A stretch of 64,000 bases of DNA from Cyanobacteria bacterium auto_48_18 (GCA_036170915.1 JAVHQC010000011.1:64001-128000), one strand, 5' to 3'. Numbered from the stretch's first letter, positions 33,341-43,289 are shown. The notes: generated by a model from the sequence alone, not told the origin. Translations and numbers: made by a program.

Positions 33341-34924
33341 ATGCAAGGAAGAAATCTTAAACCGCTAGCACCTCTGACTTCGCCGCCCAAAGTCGATGAT
33401 CTGCAAAGACTATTGAAGGCCGCCCAGACAGGCACGCCTGTCAATCAGACCATTGCCATTCCCGATCGCACAAAATATGTGCTCAAGGTGCAGATGACCA
33501 AGGCTGCCAGCGGCTTGGGCCGCTCGAAGGCGGCTGACGCTGCTCCCATTTGGACGCTAATTGATGGCGTCCAAACGCTTTGGGAGTACAGCACCACTGA
33601 TGTGGAATTGATTTTTAATCTGGTGGAAGAATCGCTTTACGTTAAACCAGCAGCGCCAGCTACAGATTTTGCCGCAGCTTCTCCAGCTGCCGTCGAGCAA
33701 GTGATCTATGGGGCCAGCCCAGTGAGAGCCGACAGTTTTGAAGCGCAATCACCGCAGCCGGCTATGCACGAAGCCCCAGTTGCTGCGTCAGTCGCTCCGC
33801 AAGCAACCAGTCAGACCATTCAACTCTCTGGCAATCTCAGTGAGTTAGGTGCCTGCGAACTAATTCAAACAATCAGCGTTGCCAAAATGACAGGTCGCCT
33901 TGATATCACCAGCGGCTTGCAGTCGGTTGAAATTTATTTTGAAGATGGGGCTCCGCGTCGAGCATCTTATAGAAGCGACTCTATGACCGCGGCGCCAAAA
34001 AATCTAACCGACGAAGAAGTGATTGTCGAAGCGATGACTTGGTTCAATGGATTTTTCCATTTTAATGCTTCCATGAAATCTTCCGAGCGTTCCGCCATGA
34101 AACGTTTGGACTTGCTTTTGATGGAAGGAGCCGCGCTCAGAGACTACATTGTTAGTATTGAGGGTGCAGGATTGACCGACGATTCTGTGCCGGTAAAATA
34201 CGGCTCTCCATCTGAAGCTGAATTTGAAAAAGCTTTGCAAAATAGTGCGCCTGTTGATATGCAAAGTCAAAAAGCAATTTACATTGCCTTTGATGGCAAA
34301 GCTACTCTGGCTGAAGTCGTTACTCAGAGCGGATTACCAAAATCGGCATGGCTACCAATCGTTTTCAATCTTTCCAAATCAAAACTTATTGGTCTTTCTG
34401 TTAAAGCGAAAAAAGAAGAGAGTGCTGCTGAAATCATACAAGCCCCAGGTGCGAAAGAAGCAGTGCGGGAGGCATTTCAGCAAATGCTCCGTTCTGATAC
34501 GGGTCTTATGAGTTATCAGCTTTTTATGCATTTTTTGGAAGTTGAATATCACCGCGCCCTCAAACTCAGATTGCCTTTCAGTTTGATTATCATTGCTGTG
34601 CACAAAGAAGAAGCCGCTATCAGAGAAGAGTTGTCGTCAGATGACTTGAAGTTGGTGGCAGAAAAAATTCGTTTGCAACTAGAGCCCTTTGACTATGTGG
34701 CTCACTACCAGACTTATAATTTGGCAATTTTATTGCCGCATCGCCCATCTTCTTCTGCTAAAGAATGCGTGGCGAAAATTATCAATGATTTCAATACTGA
34801 GTTAGCGCAGACTGGTAATGCCGTGCGCTTTGTCTGGTCTGTTGGTGCTGGCTGCATTCCCGAAGACGGTATCAAACTCGATGCGCTCTTAGCGAAAGTT
34901 GAAAAAGAACGCGTGCCGGTTTAA
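33341..34924 (+). CDS. DUF4388 (PATAN-like) domain plus degenerate GGDEF domain protein
   Basis: LSGNLSELG..ELIQ.I...KMTGRL..IYFEDG; DTGL, E..RA, FSL, AHYQTYNLAILLP where GGDEF is expected. Confidence 0.8.
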   Translation: MQGRNLKPLAPLTSPPKVDDLQRLLKAAQTGTPVNQTIAIPDRTKYVLKVQMTKAASGLGRSKAADAAPIWTLIDGVQTLWEYSTTDVELIFNLVEESLYVKPAAPATDFAAASPAAVEQVIYGASPVRADSFEAQSPQPAMHEAPVAASVAPQATSQTIQLSGNLSELGACELIQTISVAKMTGRLDITSGLQSVEIYFEDGAPRRASYRSDSMTAAPKNLTDEEVIVEAMTWFNGFFHFNASMKSSERSAMKRLDLLLMEGAALRDYIVSIEGAGLTDDSVPVKYGSPSEAEFEKALQNSAPVDMQSQKAIYIAFDGKATLAEVVTQSGLPKSAWLPIVFNLSKSKLIGLSVKAKKEESAAEIIQAPGAKEAVREAFQQMLRSDTGLMSYQLFMHFLEVEYHRALKLRLPFSLIIIAVHKEEAAIREELSSDDLKLVAEKIRLQLEPFDYVAHYQTYNLAILLPHRPSSSAKECVAKIINDFNTELAQTGNAVRFVWSVGAGCIPEDGIKLDALLAKVEKERVPV

Positions 34925-35137
34925 GACTTCAAAGCTCTAACTTTTGAAACGATAGACATTTTCTCTCATTTGCAATTTTCCTATTTTGTGGTACAAATGT
35001 TGTAGAGGTCTCGGGCCTTTTTCTTTTCAGGTATAAAATCGTGAACTTCAATACAGAGCGAAAATCAAGCGAGAAACGGTCCTAGTCACCGTTTACACGT
35101 TTGCGTCGTTTTGCTCTGTTGAAAAAGGTTTTCGATC

Positions 35138-35266
35138 ATGTCAGCTCTATTTATTCGTTCAACCAAAATAAATCCGCAGTCAATCATTCAGATTATGGCT
35201 CTGTTTCGGCTTGTGGTCACTGAGCGATGTAGCAAACGCGTGCTCAGGCCTGTGCTGCTAGTTTAA
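35138..35266 (+). CDS. Putative 42-aa leader peptide upstream of tRNA cluster (MSALFIRSTKINPQSIIQIMALFRLVVTERCSKRVLRPVLLV)
   Basis: AAGG SD, ATG 35138, TAA 35264-35266; flanked by hairpin 35047-35123 and alternative CTGAGC/GCTCAGG/CCTGAGC pairings. Confidence 0.4.
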   Translation: MSALFIRSTKINPQSIIQIMALFRLVVTERCSKRVLRPVLLV

Positions 35267-35417
35267 GGCTTTAGCATTTGTCCTGAGCGGAAGTAGTTAA
35301 AACAGTCGTAGATCTGTTTTGAGAGAAACTCGAGGTTTTTCTGTAAGCATGATTTGCACCGCCTGTGGTTCCCCTCCCTCCTATCTGTTCTTTCAGATCT
35401 CATCTCCAATGTAACAA

Positions 35418-35491
35418 GCCCTGGTAGCTCAGCGGATAGAGCAGCACGTTACGAACGTGCGTTGTCGGGAGTTCAAATCTCTCCCAGGGTG
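35418..35491 (+). tRNA. tRNA-Arg(ACG), CCA not encoded
   Basis: Acceptor GCCCTGG/CCAGGGT, D arm GCTC..GAGC with A20, anticodon arm GCACG-TTACGAA-CGTGC, T arm GGGAG-TTCAAAT-CTCTC. Confidence 0.9.
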
Positions 35492-35494
35492 TAT

Positions 35495-35567
35495 CTCCCA
35501 GTAACTCAGCGGTCAGAGTGAACGCCTTTTAAGCGTGGGGCCGCAGGTTCAAATCCTGCCTGGGAGA
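35495..35567 (+). tRNA. tRNA-Lys(TTT), CCA not encoded, atypical C1-G72
   Basis: Acceptor CTCCCAG/CTGGGAG, D arm ACTC..GAGT, anticodon arm AACGC-CTTTTAA-GCGTG, T arm GCAGG-TTCAAAT-CCTGC. Confidence 0.88.
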
Positions 35568-35571
35568 ATTT

Positions 35572-35643
35572 GGCGCTATCTTCTAGTGGTTAGGAAGCCG
35601 GTTTTTCACACCGGAGACACGGGTTCAATTCCCGTTAGCGCTA
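35572..35643 (+). tRNA. tRNA-Glu(TTC), CCA not encoded
   Basis: Acceptor GGCGCTA/TAGCGCT, anticodon arm CCGGT-TTTTCAC-ACCGG, T arm ACGGG-TTCAATT-CCCGT. Confidence 0.9.
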
Positions 35644-35688
35644 GTTTTTTAAAATCTTCTGCCGATAGAATTTGCCTGTAGAAAAGGT

Positions 35689-35715
35689 GGAACTTTTAAC
35701 CATGGCAATTGTCAC
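35689..35715 (+). promoter_or_regulatory. ECF-sigma-type promoter
   Basis: GGAACTT-N15-GTCAC upstream of 35749. Confidence 0.55.
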
Positions 35716-35748
35716 TGAACTATCGAAAGCTAGCAGCAGAGGTTCAAT

Positions 35749-36027
35749 ATGTTCGACAAATTTCTAGAGTCACAAGCGAAGCGATTTGTGTCCGACAGCA
35801 GAACAAAGTTTGACGATTTTCTGACCAATAATGACGTCGACAATAATGGTGAGAAAGATAGACAGCAGTTGCTAGCAGATTTTGATCAATTTACTGACGG
35901 TGTACAAGATTGCATCAAGTCGGGAGCTAGCATGGCTAAATTGTTGGCTGCGTATTACAACAAATTTGGTCCGAAACCAGAAGCTGCGTTGGTAGGCACG
36001 GAAGCCAGTAAACAATTGACCCCTTAG
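35749..36027 (+). CDS. Small hypothetical protein with EF-hand-like loop
   Basis: GAGG SD; DVDNNGEKD loop between helices. Confidence 0.6.
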   Translation: MFDKFLESQAKRFVSDSRTKFDDFLTNNDVDNNGEKDRQQLLADFDQFTDGVQDCIKSGASMAKLLAAYYNKFGPKPEAALVGTEASKQLTP

Positions 36028-36053
36028 GGGCTACAGGCACTGTACAATCATGA

Positions 36054-38213
36054 TTGCCGAGCGACTTTTGGCAATGGCTGAACTTATGTGGTTGTGAAGT
36101 GTCTGCACCTGACAGTTTTGAAAACGGTTCTGTTATCGGTGGCACGTACAAAGTGCTTGATTTTATTGGCGAAGGCGGCATGGGCCTCGTATATAAAGTC
36201 GAACATTTACTCATGCATAGAATACTGGCTCTCAAGGTCCTCAAAACCGAACAGTTGTCTGAAGCTGCCTGGTTGAGATTCCGCAAAGAGGCACAGGCTA
36301 TTGCCCGCCTTGATCATCCCAATATTGTCAAAATTTACGACATGAACAAGACCGACGATGGTCGACCCTTTTACACCATGGATCTGTTGGAGGGAGACTC
36401 TCTTGCCGATTACCTGCAGCAGAACCATCATCTCTCCTGGTCGAATGCATTGCCTATTTTTCGCCAGGTTTGCAATGGGCTGGCTTATGCCCACGACCGC
36501 GGCATTATTCATCGCGATATCAAACCAGGCAACATTATGCTTTCCCTTGGCATTGATGCGCCAATTAATACGGCATCTGTAAAAATTGTCGATTTCGGCA
36601 TTGCTAAACTGGTCGATGATGACGGTCGGACTATTCAGGCTCTAACAGCCGCTGGAGAGGTTTTTGGTAGTCCGCTCTATATGAGTCCAGAACAGTGTCT
36701 CGCTGGCAGACTGGATGGCCGCAGTGACATGTATTCAGTCGGGGTGTCACTCTTCCAAGCTTTGACCGGCAGACCACCATTGCTTGGTCGCACCGCTGTT
36801 GAAACCACAATAATGCATCAAACCACCGAGCCTCCTGCATTAAATGCGGTGGCACCAGATCTTTATTTTCCACCCAGACTTGAAACTATCGTCGCCAGAA
36901 TGTTGGCTAAAGATCCATCAGATCGATTTCAGTCGCTTGCCGACGTGGCTGCCTTGCTTGTGCCGTCTATCGACAGTGACCAGAGTGAGAGTTTGGCGAC
37001 GCACGATAGTAAACATATGGGCTCGAAAAATGTACCTTTGTTCGTTACTGCGCAAGATAGCGGGTTAGAGAACGAATTTGATCAGACCAGCGAAAACAAT
37101 ATTGATAGTGAAGTAAGTGGTTCAAAAATTCCGCTGATTCTCACTGCCTTCGCCGTGATCATTCTGGTAGGGGTTTTAGCAACTTTCTATTTTGTTGGTA
37201 ATAATTCGCCCTCTAAAATAATTCACTTACCATCTGCAATTAGCAAACCTGCTGAGCCGGTCATACCAAGCGCTTATGTTCCTGGGTTGCTGGCGAGGAA
37301 ATACGGTTATGGGTCAGAACCTAAAGTAAGCGCATCTGATGTTAAAGAAGTTAATGCCTTTCTCAGGTCTAATATAAAGCAATTTTCTCGCTTAAAAAAA
37401 GTAGGAAATGACACCATTAAAGAGTTTCACTTTCCCAGTAAATTTTCGCTAGGCAATCTTTTTTTTGACGAAGATAAGGCAAACTCCCGTCAACAAGCCC
37501 TCGATGTAATTCGAGTATCGGAAAAGACAAAATTAGTGTTGGAGGGAAATTACGTTGTTGGTGCTTACCCAGAGCTTCTAAAGTATTTTGGTCCCGACGA
37601 GCTCTATTCTCTGAGAATTGAGAGGCTACCTCAACGCAATGCAAAACTGCTGCCTATGGTAGGTCGCTTAACAGGGTTAACAGTACTGGAACTGCCTCAA
37701 GTCCACGTCAGCAATAACGACCTGAGCATAATCGCCAGCCTGCCGAATCTTCAAAAACTCAATATTGCTCAAAGCGATGTCACTGGTGCTGCACTGGCTA
37801 ATTGTAGCGTTCTGGCTCGACTGCGCTCACTTAATATTGAGAAAATCGATCAGGTAGCGCCGGTTTTAGCACGTGTTAATCCGAAGATTGAAGAGCTTGA
37901 TCTGAGCCATACCAAATTAAGTACAAACGACCTAAATACCATTGCTCGTCTGCAGAATTTGCACTCGTTAGTTTTGAGCGGAACGTCCATTCGTAATAGT
38001 GATTTGAGTCTGCTGTTGCCTCTGAAAAACAAACTGACTCTGCTAGACATCAATGAATGCCCGAATCTAACAATAGGTTGTGTGGAGACATTAAAGCAGT
38101 TTAGAAGCATGCGGGAATTGACACTGCCAACAGCGCTTAAGACAAGCGGGGTTAAATCGGTTCTCGAGCAGGCTTTGCCAGGAATGAACAAATTGTTGAT
38201 ACATATGTATTAG
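36054..38213 (+). CDS. Ser/Thr kinase - TM - LRR receptor-like protein (start may be GTG 36099)
   Basis: GEGGMG, HRDIKPGN, DFG, GSPLYMSPE; TM ILTAFAVIILVGVLATFYFV; LxxLxL repeats. Confidence 0.92.
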   Translation: MPSDFWQWLNLCGCEVSAPDSFENGSVIGGTYKVLDFIGEGGMGLVYKVEHLLMHRILALKVLKTEQLSEAAWLRFRKEAQAIARLDHPNIVKIYDMNKTDDGRPFYTMDLLEGDSLADYLQQNHHLSWSNALPIFRQVCNGLAYAHDRGIIHRDIKPGNIMLSLGIDAPINTASVKIVDFGIAKLVDDDGRTIQALTAAGEVFGSPLYMSPEQCLAGRLDGRSDMYSVGVSLFQALTGRPPLLGRTAVETTIMHQTTEPPALNAVAPDLYFPPRLETIVARMLAKDPSDRFQSLADVAALLVPSIDSDQSESLATHDSKHMGSKNVPLFVTAQDSGLENEFDQTSENNIDSEVSGSKIPLILTAFAVIILVGVLATFYFVGNNSPSKIIHLPSAISKPAEPVIPSAYVPGLLARKYGYGSEPKVSASDVKEVNAFLRSNIKQFSRLKKVGNDTIKEFHFPSKFSLGNLFFDEDKANSRQQALDVIRVSEKTKLVLEGNYVVGAYPELLKYFGPDELYSLRIERLPQRNAKLLPMVGRLTGLTVLELPQVHVSNNDLSIIASLPNLQKLNIAQSDVTGAALANCSVLARLRSLNIEKIDQVAPVLARVNPKIEELDLSHTKLSTNDLNTIARLQNLHSLVLSGTSIRNSDLSLLLPLKNKLTLLDINECPNLTIGCVETLKQFRSMRELTLPTALKTSGVKSVLEQALPGMNKLLIHMY

Positions 38214-38274
38214 AAGCACTGACCACGCCGGAACTTCTTCTGCAACTTCGAACATTCAGCTTTAGCTGCGCCAC

Positions 38275-39489
38275 TTACTGTTCTGTAGAACTGCTTTCTT
38301 TATCGTCAACTAGTTCAGTTTCAGATTCCGATTCTTCGTCAGCATGTGCTTTCTCTTCAGCTTCGCCTTCAGCGGCGGCTATGTTTCGCTGTTTGATAGC
38401 ATTGGCAACAGCACCAGGCATATCAAAAACAGCGACGCTGGCCAATCCTTCCGAAAATGGGTGAAGCTGGCCAAATTGACACTTGATCACAATTTTTCCT
38501 GTGCTGTCGGCGAAACCCCAGAGACCATTGTCAATTATCGGCGTCAGTCCTTCTGCAGAAAAACTTGATAGAGGCTTGTCTCCGAAACGGAGTGCCTGTT
38601 CAGGCGGCAAAATGCGGGAGAGATAGTTATAGGCTGGTTGCAGGCGATACGCACCCCTTCTGTCAATCAATCCATATTTGCCATTCACGCTTACAACCGC
38701 CACGCCGTTGTGAAAATCGCCGGCGCTGTCAAATTTTGCCGGAATAACCATGCGCGTGAAGCCGTCAATATAGCCCCACTTTCCATCTTTAGAAACTGCC
38801 GCTAAACTTTCCGAAAAATTTGAAGCATCGCTAAATTGCGGCTCCAAAAGCAAGGTTCCATTGCTGTTGACAAAACCATATTTTGAATCTTTTTTTGTGC
38901 GGAACAAATACTCAGAAGGTTCACTGATTTCATCAAGATTCTGACAAATGAACTTACCATCCTTTCTGATTAGGCCTTGCTTTAAGCCCACTTCTACCCG
39001 AGCTACTCCGTTCTTAAAAGCTGTGGCTGTTTTCCAGTTGCTTGGTGCAATTGCCTGACGCCCTTCTTTATCAATGTAGCTCCAGGCTACTCCTTCTCTC
39101 ACTGGTGCCAGCCCTTCCGAGTAATCGAGCACGCTGCTATATTTTGGTGGCACTACGATCTTGCCGGCTCTATTAATAAAACCCCAGCGCTTGTTCACGC
39201 GCACAGCACACATGCCTTCATGAAAGCTTGAGGTCTGCTCATACTGTGGAGCAATAACCTGCTTGCCGGTTTTGTCAATGAAGCCATAATGTGCTCCGTA
39301 CGATTTTTGAACTGCGATCACTGCACCATTATCTGTTTCGTTAACGCCGACAGAGCGAAAAATAGTGTCGCTGCAGAGGGCAATCGTTGCGGCTACAGTG
39401 GGCTCTTGCAACACCAATGAAGGAACAATCAGGGCTGCGCACGAAGCAGTTAAAATACCGGCCAGAACTAATGATCTTTTCTTATTCAT
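38275..39489 (-). CDS. WG-repeat protein, exported
   Basis: Repeated WGFID..G..VI.P.Y....FSEGLA.V units. Confidence 0.9.
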   Translation of the reverse strand: MNKKRSLVLAGILTASCAALIVPSLVLQEPTVAATIALCSDTIFRSVGVNETDNGAVIAVQKSYGAHYGFIDKTGKQVIAPQYEQTSSFHEGMCAVRVNKRWGFINRAGKIVVPPKYSSVLDYSEGLAPVREGVAWSYIDKEGRQAIAPSNWKTATAFKNGVARVEVGLKQGLIRKDGKFICQNLDEISEPSEYLFRTKKDSKYGFVNSNGTLLLEPQFSDASNFSESLAAVSKDGKWGYIDGFTRMVIPAKFDSAGDFHNGVAVVSVNGKYGLIDRRGAYRLQPAYNYLSRILPPEQALRFGDKPLSSFSAEGLTPIIDNGLWGFADSTGKIVIKCQFGQLHPFSEGLASVAVFDMPGAVANAIKQRNIAAAEGEAEEKAHADEESESETELVDDKESSSTEQ

Positions 39490-39491
39490 AT

Positions 39492-40751
39492 TTAGCCTTT
39501 GTTTTCCCAGATAGGCGTTGGACTATCAGCAGCGATACCATAGGTGGTGCTTTGTGGCGGTAAGTCTCGAATGACAAAACGCTGACAAACTCTGTCCATT
39601 AAAGTTTGACCGTTTTTTAAAGAAAGGCAAAGAATCATGCCGTAGCCCAGATAGAAGAGCAGATAACCAAGGGAGAACAGGATGGGCCCAAAGTCAGGTA
39701 GAGCCATAACGATTAGCGAAATTATTGCTAAAATCGGATACAGACTGCAGTAAGCAAGCCCTTGCTTCATTTGTTTAGCAAGCGCCTGAACAAATGAAAT
39801 TTTGCCTCCGTCCTCGGCAATCACCTTAATTCCAGCCACCAGCTTTCCAGGGGTGGCCTGTAAGCGACTGCATTCGAATGCGGCGAAGGTGCTTATTGTC
39901 AAAACAGTGGTTAGCAGAAAGACGACTAGATATAAGCTGATTATAGTGAAAACATCAGCGATCACTGCGTAATGGGCTAAGCCATGCGCCATGGCCACCA
40001 TGCAAAAGCCTAGAGTAAATTGAACAATAGCGAAATAGAGAAATGAATCAAGTATTGAAGCCACCGCCCGCCTGCCAATTCCTGCGCATGCCGGTTTTTC
40101 TATCTTGGCGATTTCGGGCACTAGATTTGGTGCACCAGCCTGTTCTATTTTTGCAATATTGACCTTCGTATCCACGTAGGCCCCAGCGATGCGATCATGA
40201 ATCATCTGGCGACGATTGCCGGCCACCAGATAAATAAAGGGCATAATACTAACAATCAGCGTCAATCCTTTGGCAAAATTACGTTCCTTCGCGGCCTTAA
40301 ATGATAATCTGCCTCCATCGCGTGCAGTTACTTTAAGCCGCATAATTTCTTTGCCAGGAGTAGCTTGTTTCGCCGAACTTTCGTAAATTGCATGATAGAG
40401 ATGATTCAAAAGCAGTGGGGTCACTGTTCCTAAACCGTTTGCGGTGATGATTGTAGACATGCCTCCCACCAATGCACCGAGCACCAGCAGGCCGCCGCAG
40501 GCTAAGGCGACATCAACAAAGCCGATGACAAAGGCAGAAACGCAGGGAACCCAGGCCCCATAATTGGCAAGATTGTTGCTGGCAGCGAGAAGAGCGTACA
40601 CGGTGGCGGCAGATAGAGTTCCGACAATAAATGCATCTATCAAACCGGCAACGCTTCTCTTAAATGGTAGCGTTAACTCTGGAGGAGCCTCTCTGCTACC
40701 AGATGTGGTGCCTCGACTTATTTCTATTGTATTTGGGTCACTTAAGGTCAT
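39492..40751 (-). CDS. Double RDD-domain membrane protein
   Basis: Two R..A..ID / QATPGK / HDR.A (MDR) modules. Confidence 0.85.
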   Translation of the reverse strand: MTLSDPNTIEISRGTTSGSREAPPELTLPFKRSVAGLIDAFIVGTLSAATVYALLAASNNLANYGAWVPCVSAFVIGFVDVALACGGLLVLGALVGGMSTIITANGLGTVTPLLLNHLYHAIYESSAKQATPGKEIMRLKVTARDGGRLSFKAAKERNFAKGLTLIVSIMPFIYLVAGNRRQMIHDRIAGAYVDTKVNIAKIEQAGAPNLVPEIAKIEKPACAGIGRRAVASILDSFLYFAIVQFTLGFCMVAMAHGLAHYAVIADVFTIISLYLVVFLLTTVLTISTFAAFECSRLQATPGKLVAGIKVIAEDGGKISFVQALAKQMKQGLAYCSLYPILAIISLIVMALPDFGPILFSLGYLLFYLGYGMILCLSLKNGQTLMDRVCQRFVIRDLPPQSTTYGIAADSPTPIWENKG

Positions 40752-40886
40752 GAAATATTTGTAGGCTCGTAAAAGTTCAACGTTTACCTATCTTATCAAC
40801 TCCCTTGACAACGCACCTTGGCTTCATTCCGATTTAAGAATTGGCGAACAGACCTATAATGACAGAGCATTTCTCCAGGAGACTAT

Positions 40887-43256
40887 ATGGCCGCTGAGAC
40901 CTCTAAAAGTCTTGTCGTCAGGCAGGTGCGTAAAAGAAAGATAAAAACACTGGTCGCTTCAATTTTGTTGGCCTCGCATATAGCTGTTTCGGTGCAGCCG
41001 GCGTCGTCTCAAGACGCTTTGACAAATAGCGTTTCGGCAAATAGCCCGTCGGCATATAATGCAGAAAAAAACGATTTTGTCGCCAGGCTCATGGCGCAAA
41101 TGACCCTTGACGAGAAGATCGGCCAACTTAATCTTTTATCTGTGGGGGCAGATGTCACAGGCCCGATTCTTTCTCAGGGTGTAGAAGAGAAGATTTCTCG
41201 CGGTCAGGTGGGTGGTGTTTTTAATATTTTTGGCCCGGCGTCTGTACGCAGGTTGCAACAGATGGTGCTAGCCAAATCTCGCCTCAAAATTCCATTGATT
41301 TTTGGCTATGACGTTATTCACGGGCACCGCACAATTTTTCCCGTGCCGCTAGGCCTTGCCTGCAGTTGGAATTTAGACTTAATCGAGCAAACTGCTGCTG
41401 CCGCTGCTGCTGAAGCCACAGCTGACGGCCTCAACTGGACTTTCTCGCCTATGGTTGATATTACCCGCGATCCGCGCTGGGGCAGAGTTTGCGAAGGGGC
41501 AGGAGAAGACCCTTATCTGGGTAGTCGCGTGGCAGAGGCCATGGTGCGCGGATATCAGGGAGAACCTGTGGCTAATGCTTTAAGGCCCGATAAAATGCTC
41601 GCATGCGTCAAGCACTTTGCTCTTTATGGAGCTGCCGAGGCCGGCCGCGATTACAACACAGTTGATATGAGTCGTCTGCGCATGTACAACGAATATTTGC
41701 CGCCTTACAGGGCAGCCGTCGAGGCCGGAGTGGCGTCAGTTATGACTTCATTTAATGAGATTGACGGCGTGCCCGCCACAGGCAACAGGTGGTTGATTAC
41801 CGATTTATTGCGCAAACAGTGGAATTTTAAGGGTTTTGTCGCCACTGATTACACCGCCATTACTGAAATGGTGGCCCATGGCGTGGGCGACGAAAAGAAG
41901 GCCGCTCAACTAGCATTAAATGCGGGCGTCGACATGGACATGGTCGGCGAACTTTTCACCAAGTATGGTGCGTCGCTGGTGAGTGACGGAAGCGTGCCGG
42001 TTTCACAAATTGACGCTGCCTGCCGCAGGGTGCTGGAGGCAAAATATCAACTTGGTCTGTTTGCCAACCCTTATCGCTATGTGGGTCAAAGTCGGCAAAA
42101 AGAGGTCATGGATGCCGAGAAGCTTGCTTTGAGTAAATCCGCTGCCATAAAAAGTATGGTGCTCTTAAAGAACGACCGTAACATTTTGCCTTTGAATAGC
42201 GGCCAGAAAATTGCCCTGATCGGACCGCTGGTTAAAGATCAACGCAATTTAATTGGCAGTTGGAGTGCTGCAGGTCAGGGCAAAGAAGCCATGAGCCTCT
42301 GGCAAGGTTGTGCCGCTAAGGGCAGCAACTTTATTTATGCCAAGGGCTGCAATCTGGTTGACGACCCTGACTTAATTGAGCGACTGAACCGCGATGGGGG
42401 AGAGCTTGTGCTCGATGCCAAACCACCTGCGGCTCTAATTGCTGAAGCCGTCGAGGCGGCGAAGCAAGCTGATGTGGTGGTGGCTGCACTGGGCGAACCA
42501 TTTTGTATGAGTGGTGAAGCTGCCAGTCGAAGCAACATTGGGCTGCTCGATAATCAAATTAATCTTCTCAAGGCCCTGAAGCAGACAGACAAACCGATCA
42601 TATTGGTTTTGATGAATGGCCGACCCTTAGACCTTAGCTGGGCAGACCAGAACTTAGACGCTATTCTGGAGACCTGGTATGGAGGCACCATGGCTGGTGC
42701 TGCCATTGCCGACGTACTGTTTGGCGAGAGCCCCAGTGGCAAGCTAGCTGTGAGTTTTCCGCGCAATGCCGGCCAGATTCCAATTTACTATGCTGCTAAA
42801 AATACCGGCCGTCCGTATGTGGAAAAAGAAAAGTTCCACTCGCAATATCTGGATGTGCCTAATTCGCCTCTTTATCCCTTTGGTTATGGCCTCAGTTATG
42901 GTAATTTCAAATATGGCAATATTGCTTTGAGCTCAGACACACTTTCACCAGGTAACACCATTGCCATTACTACCTCAGTCACCAATAGCGGTGCGCGGCC
43001 GGCAGTAGAAACGGTGCAGCTTTACATACGCGATATGGAAGGCAGTGTTACTCGACCGGTCAAAGAATTGAAAGGATTTCAACAAATCAACCTGGCCCCT
43101 GGTGAAATGAAGACTGTAACTTTTAACCTGTCCGAGGCCGACTTGCGGTTTTACAATAGCGATTTAGAGCTAATTTCTGAGAGTGGTGACTTTAAAGCTT
43201 TTGTGGGCAGCAACAGTCGCGATTGTGCCGAATGCCGGTTTAAACTTGTGAAATAG
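40887..43256 (+). CDS. bglX: GH3 periplasmic beta-glucosidase (BglX-like)
   Basis: MTLDEKIGQL, DVIHGH, RDPRWGR, KHFA, TDY nucleophile, SGEAASRS, YPFGYGLSY, Fn3 tail. Confidence 0.92.
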   Translation: MAAETSKSLVVRQVRKRKIKTLVASILLASHIAVSVQPASSQDALTNSVSANSPSAYNAEKNDFVARLMAQMTLDEKIGQLNLLSVGADVTGPILSQGVEEKISRGQVGGVFNIFGPASVRRLQQMVLAKSRLKIPLIFGYDVIHGHRTIFPVPLGLACSWNLDLIEQTAAAAAAEATADGLNWTFSPMVDITRDPRWGRVCEGAGEDPYLGSRVAEAMVRGYQGEPVANALRPDKMLACVKHFALYGAAEAGRDYNTVDMSRLRMYNEYLPPYRAAVEAGVASVMTSFNEIDGVPATGNRWLITDLLRKQWNFKGFVATDYTAITEMVAHGVGDEKKAAQLALNAGVDMDMVGELFTKYGASLVSDGSVPVSQIDAACRRVLEAKYQLGLFANPYRYVGQSRQKEVMDAEKLALSKSAAIKSMVLLKNDRNILPLNSGQKIALIGPLVKDQRNLIGSWSAAGQGKEAMSLWQGCAAKGSNFIYAKGCNLVDDPDLIERLNRDGGELVLDAKPPAALIAEAVEAAKQADVVVAALGEPFCMSGEAASRSNIGLLDNQINLLKALKQTDKPIILVLMNGRPLDLSWADQNLDAILETWYGGTMAGAAIADVLFGESPSGKLAVSFPRNAGQIPIYYAAKNTGRPYVEKEKFHSQYLDVPNSPLYPFGYGLSYGNFKYGNIALSSDTLSPGNTIAITTSVTNSGARPAVETVQLYIRDMEGSVTRPVKELKGFQQINLAPGEMKTVTFNLSEADLRFYNSDLELISESGDFKAFVGSNSRDCAECRFKLVK

Positions 43257-43289
43257 TCGACGAAAGATCCAGGTGAGTAAGACAAGCTT

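Noticed and set aside
38230..38255. GGAACTT as another ECF promoter
   Set aside because: No GTC/GAC at the correct spacing, and it lies between convergent genes
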